Shown one piece after another: positions 16,064 through 21,511 of a stretch of DNA of 21,511 nt. This DNA is from Candidatus Zixiibacteriota bacterium (GTDB lineage Bacteria; Zixibacteria; MSB-5A5; CAIYYT01): NCBI GenBank assembly GCA_040235515.1, contig JBECKX010000123.1:1-21511 (forward strand), read 5' to 3'. Every line of letters begins with the position of its first letter. Positions within the stretch are counted from its first letter, which is position 1. The notes beneath the pieces are model-generated. The model was not told the origin of the DNA, made no database searches, and worked only from the letters and a program-made list of their open reading frames with translations. Made by a program: the position numbers and the translations under genes.

Positions 16064-18625
16064 TTAGTTCGTGTCTCCGGGCAGGTCCATCTGTCGGACT
16101 TTCACACTGCCGGAAGTTGTATCGAGACCGCGGAGATTCTTCAGTTCCCCAAATGCGGCGATTGCGTCGGTGTCTTCAGGGTTGTTTTCTATCCAGTTGC
16201 CGAGGACCGTTTCGATGGAGTCGAAGGCGCTATCCTGATAGAGGTAGCTGAGCAGCTGCCGGAATGCGTCCTCATAATTCGGGTCTTTATCGAGCTGCTT
16301 CTGAAGCACGCGATAGGAGTCATCCTTATGCCCCTTGCGGCGCAAATCGGATGCGAGGGTCAGCCAGAGTCGGCCCTTGTCGATTTCGACCGGTGCAGCC
16401 TCAAGCACTTCCTCGGCGAGGTGTAACGAGTCCATATCGGCGTAAATCTGCATCAGGAGCGCGTAGTTGCGCCACTCTGACGGTACGACTTCAATCGATT
16501 TCTTTGCCAGCTCGATGGCCCGTTCGTCATCCCCCTGGCGGTGCAGCACGTCGGCCGTGTATATGAACCCTGCCGCGTAGTTCTGCGTTAATCGTGCCGC
16601 GTTTTCGTCCTTGTAAACCGCATCATCCGCAACACCACGGTAACGGAATTCGTTCATGTAGAAGTTGTAGGTAGCATCCACGTCGATCAGCTCATTGCCG
16701 CGGTCCTTCTTCAGGCGCATCATCATTCCGGACATTTCAAGGTGGTCCTCGATTGAACTACCCCGGTAACGGCGATTGTCCTCCGAGACGGTCACAGCGA
16801 ACTCGATCGGAACTTTCCAGGCGTTGGTTTCTATGATGTTGTCGATCATCATATCCTGGATGCGAATGATACTGCCGTCAGGCAAGCGCTGGTGACGCAA
16901 CGCCTCAATCTGGGCGTCGCTCAGGCTGATCGGAACCCCCATCTCATTCTTCAACTGCTTGATATACCAATCGGTATTGAGGAGCGAGAGGTTGGCGATA
17001 CGCACGTCGGTACGAACGCCGTAAACCTCCTGCAGGCACCAAACCGGAAATGTATCATTATCGCCATTCGTGAAGACTACGGCATTCGAGTCGGCGGACA
17101 CGAGCAGGTTATAGGCATAGTCCCACGGAATGTAGTTGTTCGACCGATCCGCCTTGTAATAGTTTGCTTTCAGCGCGAACACTGGCAAGACCAGGAACAC
17201 CAGCAGCCCATACACCATGGTTCGTCGCCCTCCCCCGTTCTGCAGGAACTTGTAGACCATATCCCAGAGCGCCATCACGCCGAGACCGATCGCGAGGCCG
17301 AAAAGGATGAAGCCGGGTTGGAAGAAGTAGTCTCGATCTCGCACTTCCAGGTGACAATCATCGTTTGGTATCAGCCCCTGCATCGTCCCATCAGCGAAGT
17401 TCATGTATAGCACGAGTCCCACCGTTGCAGCCAGGACCATCAGGAAGAATGGCACCCCCTTCTTCCATTTGCGCCAGCTCGATTCCACCATCCCGAGCAA
17501 TCCGAGAGGAAACAGCGTAAGAATAAAGATCGTCCCGCTGATGCCGTACTGCTCCTCGAAGAAGCTCCAGAACCCCATGCGCGGGTGGCGACCGAATTGG
17601 TTGGCGAGCTGTCCCCGCCGGGTGAACATACGCTCAACCATCGAGGTCTGGCCATATTGCCGGCGCTCGAGGAAGTCGTCGAATTTGTCCAGACTGGTCG
17701 GGGCGTTTTCGTTGATCGCCGGGCGTTCCGCTGCCCGAATCGGGATATAGAGCTGCGCCGTAAAGGCGGTGGCGGATGCAATCATCATAAAGAATGGCAC
17801 GATCAGGTTGGCACGCTTGTTCGACACCAGGTAGGCGACCACGAGAATCGCAGTCCAGACGGCGCCAATCCAGATGAATTTCCAGAGGGACATTACCGGC
17901 ACCAGGAGCACCGCACAGGAGATCCAGAAGAATGGATTTTTGCGCAGACCCTCATCCAGCAGGAGCATCATCAACATGATCATCGGCATGACGAGGTAGA
18001 CTGTCAGGTGGATCGCAGTTGAGAGCACACCGAGGAAGAAGATCAGGATCAGGTATTTTTGAGCCTGTCGAGTTCCACGGCATTCGGCCCACCGTAGCGA
18101 GAGCCAGATGAGCAACGTAATCAGCAGCATCGAGAGACCGTAGACCTCTGCCTCTACGGCAGAGCTCCAGTTTGTGAGGGAGAATGCCATGAGCAGCGAA
18201 CCGATCACGCCGGCGGCATACATCCCGACACGTCGCGGCAGATCGGCATCGCCGTCGAACCAATCACGGATCAGGCGAACGACGATGAAATAGCCGAACA
18301 TCGATGCGAAAGAAGTGCTGAGTGCCGAGAGCAGATTCACCCGAAAACCGATATCCTCGGCAACCGGGAGGAGACTGAAGAGCCTGCCGATCACTACGAA
18401 CAGGGGCGTCCCGGGAGGATGGGGAACACCCAGGATGTAGGAACACGCTACGAACTCACCGCAGTCCCAGAACGAGAAGGTTCTCTGCACGGTCATCAGG
18501 TAGATGATCGAGGTAAAGAGAAGCACCCCGAGCCCGATCCAGAGGTTGACCCTGTCGTATGGTTGATCGATCTGAACTAAGTTGTTTTCTTTCTCTTTAC
18601 CGAACAAGCGATCCTCCTCGGACAT
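16064..18625 (-). CDS. DUF2723 / TMEM260-like polytopic GT-C glycosyltransferase with C-terminal TPR-like helices
   Basis: SFWDCGEF, GVPHPPGTPLF, AVEAEVY, REVR-type EVRDRDYFF, FTNGDNDTFP and NLSLLNTDWY; many TM segments; helical repeat tail (AIELAKKSIEVVP, QKQLDKDPNY). Confidence 0.88.
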   Translation of the reverse strand: MSEEDRLFGKEKENNLVQIDQPYDRVNLWIGLGVLLFTSIIYLMTVQRTFSFWDCGEFVACSYILGVPHPPGTPLFVVIGRLFSLLPVAEDIGFRVNLLSALSTSFASMFGYFIVVRLIRDWFDGDADLPRRVGMYAAGVIGSLLMAFSLTNWSSAVEAEVYGLSMLLITLLIWLSLRWAECRGTRQAQKYLILIFFLGVLSTAIHLTVYLVMPMIMLMMLLLDEGLRKNPFFWISCAVLLVPVMSLWKFIWIGAVWTAILVVAYLVSNKRANLIVPFFMMIASATAFTAQLYIPIRAAERPAINENAPTSLDKFDDFLERRQYGQTSMVERMFTRRGQLANQFGRHPRMGFWSFFEEQYGISGTIFILTLFPLGLLGMVESSWRKWKKGVPFFLMVLAATVGLVLYMNFADGTMQGLIPNDDCHLEVRDRDYFFQPGFILFGLAIGLGVMALWDMVYKFLQNGGGRRTMVYGLLVFLVLPVFALKANYYKADRSNNYIPWDYAYNLLVSADSNAVVFTNGDNDTFPVWCLQEVYGVRTDVRIANLSLLNTDWYIKQLKNEMGVPISLSDAQIEALRHQRLPDGSIIRIQDMMIDNIIETNAWKVPIEFAVTVSEDNRRYRGSSIEDHLEMSGMMMRLKKDRGNELIDVDATYNFYMNEFRYRGVADDAVYKDENAARLTQNYAAGFIYTADVLHRQGDDERAIELAKKSIEVVPSEWRNYALLMQIYADMDSLHLAEEVLEAAPVEIDKGRLWLTLASDLRRKGHKDDSYRVLQKQLDKDPNYEDAFRQLLSYLYQDSAFDSIETVLGNWIENNPEDTDAIAAFGELKNLRGLDTTSGSVKVRQMDLPGDTN

Positions 18626-18732
18626 CCGATATCTAATGTCTTCTTTGGAGATATACCAACATCCGCCCCGCTGCGATTAAACTTTGTGAACCTTCTGGGG
18701 CGAATCGATTTACCAGAAATAAGTTGGCGCGG

Positions 18733-18761
18733 AATATAAGAGTTAGCGGGAAGATTTCCAA
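18733..18761 (-). promoter_or_regulatory. Sigma70-type promoter for the DUF2723-GT4-flippase operon
   Basis: Minus strand TTGGAA-N17-TATATT about 110 nt upstream of the ATG at 18625. Confidence 0.55.
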
Positions 18762-18877
18762 ACCAAAATCGGGTACAGCGAAACCTCGAGCCGGATCAGC
18801 CGACCAAGGCCAACCTGCCCTCTTGATTATGATAGCTCGTGTGCGCAGCGAACTGTCGTTTGGTGTCGCTACGGAGC

Positions 18878-19294
18878 CTAGTTCTCCGCCTTCTGCAACT
18901 TCTTGTTGCAGGCGTCGAGTACGCCATTGACGAAACCGGATGATTCCTCGGCGGAGTACTTCTTGGCTAACTCGACCGCTTCATTGATCGCCACTTTCGA
19001 CGGCACATCGGGAAAGTAGAGCAATTCACAAATCCCGAGACGGAGGATATTCTTATCCACGACGGCAAGCCGCTCGATGTTCCAGTTGAGGGCATGCGCT
19101 CCAATGCGTTTGTCCAGCTCTTCGAGATGAGTGACGGTGCTGCGCAATAGCGTTTCCGAGAAGCGGGCGGCGTCCGGATTGAGATCTGATTCGGCGATGA
19201 GCGAAGTGCAGATCGAGTCGATCGACTCCCCTGTTGATTCGTACGCATAGAGGCACTTGAGTGCCAACTCGCGTGCTTTGGATCTTTGTCCCAT
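18878..19294 (-). CDS. nusB: Transcription antitermination factor NusB
   Basis: RSKARELA, WNIERL, DKNILR, VAINEAVELAKKY and FVNGVLD; follows ribH as usual. Confidence 0.97.
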   Translation of the reverse strand: MGQRSKARELALKCLYAYESTGESIDSICTSLIAESDLNPDAARFSETLLRSTVTHLEELDKRIGAHALNWNIERLAVVDKNILRLGICELLYFPDVPSKVAINEAVELAKKYSAEESSGFVNGVLDACNKKLQKAEN

Positions 19295-19300
19295 TCCTGC

Positions 19301-19768
19301 CTAGCTTATCTTGCTGTAAAGGTTGATCATTTCTATGGCTGCGAGAGCGGCATCCCAGCCCTTGTTACCCGATTTCGTGCCCGCTCTTTCAATCCCCTGC
19401 TCCAGGGTGTCGACGGTTATCACACCATAGATAACCGGCATCCCCGATTTGAGCGCGGTGGAAGCGATTCCCTTGGTGACTTCAGCCGAGATATACTCGA
19501 AGTGAGGTGTATCCCCGCGAACGACTGCGCCGAGGCAGATGATAGCGTCATACTCCGATTTTTCAGCGAGCTTTGCCGCCACATAAGGCAGCTCGAACGA
19601 TCCCGGTACCCAGTATTCGTCGATCTGTTCGCGATCGGCGCCATGACGAATCAGGCAGTCGTAGGCGCCCTCCAGCAGGCGCTCGGTTAACAATGAATTG
19701 AATCGCGAGATACAAACTGCGAACTTCTTATTGCCGGCTTCAAGCGAGCCGTTAAAGATCTTACCCAT
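19301..19768 (-). CDS. ribH: 6,7-dimethyl-8-ribityllumazine synthase
   Basis: [26 protein letters not shown] and [11 protein letters not shown] motifs. Confidence 0.98.
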   Translation of the reverse strand: MGKIFNGSLEAGNKKFAVCISRFNSLLTERLLEGAYDCLIRHGADREQIDEYWVPGSFELPYVAAKLAEKSEYDAIICLGAVVRGDTPHFEYISAEVTKGIASTALKSGMPVIYGVITVDTLEQGIERAGTKSGNKGWDAALAAIEMINLYSKIS

Positions 19769-19812
19769 AATTTATGCAGTCCCTGTTTTGAATATCATCT
19801 ATTTAGAGTCCA

Positions 19813-21075
19813 CTAGCGCAAAGTCCCGAGCAGATGCCCCAGTTTATCGCGCTTCGTCTCGAGATACTTCACGTTATACTTGGTTGGCGGAACCTTCGAT
19901 GAAACTCTTTCCGTGACCTTGAGCCCATAGCCTTCCAACCCGATGATCTTGCGCGGATTATTGGTCAGCAACCGAATCGAGGAGAGCCCAAGATCCACCA
20001 GTATCTGGGCACCGATCCCATAGTCGCGCAGATCGGCTTTGAAGCCGAGATCATGATTAGCCTCAACGGTATCACGCCCCTGATCCTGCAGGGCATAGGC
20101 GCGAATCTTGTTCGCCAGGCCGATCCCCCTGCCCTCCTGGCGCATGTAAAGCAGGACTCCGCATCCCTCCTCCTCGATCATCTCCATCGCGGCATGCAGT
20201 TGATCACCGCAATCGCAGCGACTGGAACCGAGGACGTCACCGGTCAGGCACTGCGAGTGCACACGTACCAGGACATTTTCGGCGTTGGCAACGTCACCTT
20301 TCACCAGTGCGAGATGGTGATGCTCGTCGATTTCCGACCGGTAGAGGTGAAGCCTGAAGTCACCGTAGGCAGTCGGAAAATCAACGTCGGTGATCTTCTC
20401 GATCAGCTTTTCCCGCATCTGGCGATAAGCGATCAAGTCTTTAATCGTGATGAGCTTCAGTCCGAACTTATCGGCGATCCGGCGCAACTCGGGTGCGCGC
20501 GCCATCGAACCATCCTCTGACATTATCTCACACAACACTCCGCCCGGTTTAAGGCCGGCGAGGCGGGCAAGATCAACAGCGGCTTCGCTGTGCCCGGCGC
20601 GCGAGAGAACTCCACCCGGCAATGCCTCGATCGGGAAGATATGTCCCGGGCGGGCAAAATCGGTCGGCTTGGAGTTGTCGTCCATTACCTGTCTGATCGT
20701 CTCGTAGCGATCCGCCGCGGAGATTCCGGTGGTGGTTCCCACCACGGCGTCGATACTCACGGTGAAGCGAGTGCCGAGTTTCGCCGAGTTGTTGGCAGCC
20801 ATCGGTGAAAGGTCGAGACGATCGAGAATCGGACGGGCAAGTGAAAGACATATCAGTCCCCTGCCCTCCCTGGCGAGAAAATTGATTGCCTCGGGTGTGA
20901 CTTTGTCGGCAGCGAGGATGAAGTCCCCTTCATTCTCGCGATCTTCATCATCCACCACCACGACAATCTTGCCCGCCGCAATATCGACCAGGGCATCTTC
21001 GACACTGTCAAAGAAATCATCCTTCGCTGTGCCGTTGCCGTTATTCGAATTTCGATTGAGGTTGAAATCATTCAT
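19813..21075 (-). CDS. ribBA: Bifunctional DHBP synthase / GTP cyclohydrolase II
   Basis: [17 protein letters not shown] and RAGHSEA (RibB); [16 protein letters not shown] and QEGRGIGL (RibA, all three Zn Cys present). Confidence 0.98.
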   Translation of the reverse strand: MNDFNLNRNSNNGNGTAKDDFFDSVEDALVDIAAGKIVVVVDDEDRENEGDFILAADKVTPEAINFLAREGRGLICLSLARPILDRLDLSPMAANNSAKLGTRFTVSIDAVVGTTTGISAADRYETIRQVMDDNSKPTDFARPGHIFPIEALPGGVLSRAGHSEAAVDLARLAGLKPGGVLCEIMSEDGSMARAPELRRIADKFGLKLITIKDLIAYRQMREKLIEKITDVDFPTAYGDFRLHLYRSEIDEHHHLALVKGDVANAENVLVRVHSQCLTGDVLGSSRCDCGDQLHAAMEMIEEEGCGVLLYMRQEGRGIGLANKIRAYALQDQGRDTVEANHDLGFKADLRDYGIGAQILVDLGLSSIRLLTNNPRKIIGLEGYGLKVTERVSSKVPPTKYNVKYLETKRDKLGHLLGTLR

Positions 21076-21100
21076 GTGGAGAGACTCCTGAAATCGTTGG

Positions 21101-21511
21101 TTAGAAACCCAACTCCTGTAACTTCTTTAACGTAATGCTCCCGCGGTCGGAAGCGCCTTGACCGGACTGGAGAGCCAGATTCCTGGCGATATATTTTCCG
21201 ATGAGATCGAACTCCAGATTGACCTTATCTCCCCGCCGGGTTGCGCCGAGGGTCGTTGCTCTGTAGGTGTGCGGAATGACGCTGACGGTAAAGCTATCCC
21301 CCTTGAGATCGAAAGCTGTCAGGCTGATTCCATCCACCGCGATCGAGCCTTTCTCGACGAGGTAGATACCGAATTCGGGGGGGTAGCTGAAGCGGAAGAG
21401 CCAGCTTCCCTTTGCCTCGTTGACATCGAGGCAGTTCCCGACTGCATCGACATGCCCTTGCAGGAAGTGCCCGCCCATGCGATCACTCGGACGCAATGAG
21501 AGTTCGAGGTT
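21101..21511 (-). CDS. ribE: Riboflavin synthase (alpha chain), 5' end outside the window
   Basis: Frame is open to the window edge: [44 protein letters not shown]. Confidence 0.96.
   Translation of the reverse strand, partial: NLELSLRPSDRMGGHFLQGHVDAVGNCLDVNEAKGSWLFRFSYPPEFGIYLVEKGSIAVDGISLTAFDLKGDSFTVSVIPHTYRATTLGATRRGDKVNLEFDLIGKYIARNLALQSGQGASDRGSITLKKLQELGF

Noticed and set aside
18626..18877. Possible ncRNA or riboswitch in the nusB-DUF2723 spacer
   Set aside because: No recognisable conserved motif or strong structure beyond the promoter. An FMN riboswitch, if any, would be upstream of the rib operon, outside the window.
1..21511. CRISPR arrays, IS elements, prophage or defence genes (including reading the MotAB pairs as Zorya ZorAB)
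   Set aside because: No repeat-spacer arrays or transposase/integrase ORFs seen. The MotA proteins lack the long ZorA tail and sit beside flgB, with a sigma28 promoter on one pair.

Overview
Bacterial chromosomal window, mostly housekeeping and cell-envelope genes, with no integrase, transposase or CRISPR array visible. From left to right: (1) The edge of a flagellar locus: partial flgB behind a sigma54-like promoter, plus two divergent, dissimilar stator pairs (a MotC/D- or PomA/B-like pair behind a near-consensus sigma28 promoter, and an enterobacterial-type MotAB pair). (2) tRNA-Arg(CCU), apt, acylphosphatase, a LOG/TIGR00725-family protein, an RlmI-like methyltransferase, tRNA-Pro(CGG), surE and a DPM1-like GT2. 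(3) A HAD hydrolase and two tandem CapK/PaaK-like adenylate-forming ligases. (4) A secreted cohesin-like + dockerin-like protein, whose style suggests Ca. Zixibacteria or a related FCB lineage (inference). (5) A three-gene operon: DUF2723/TMEM260-like GT-C with TPR-like tail, GT4, UPF0104 flippase-like protein. (6) ribE(partial)-ribBA-ribH-nusB. The most interesting candidates are the DUF2723-GT4-flippase operon as a possible protein O-glycosylation system, an SD-led 10-codon leader ORF with a GGA-loop hairpin in the sigma28 motA leader, the cohesin-dockerin adaptor, the dual stators, and a probable CTG start codon. Family assignments come from motif recognition by eye, not from database searches.
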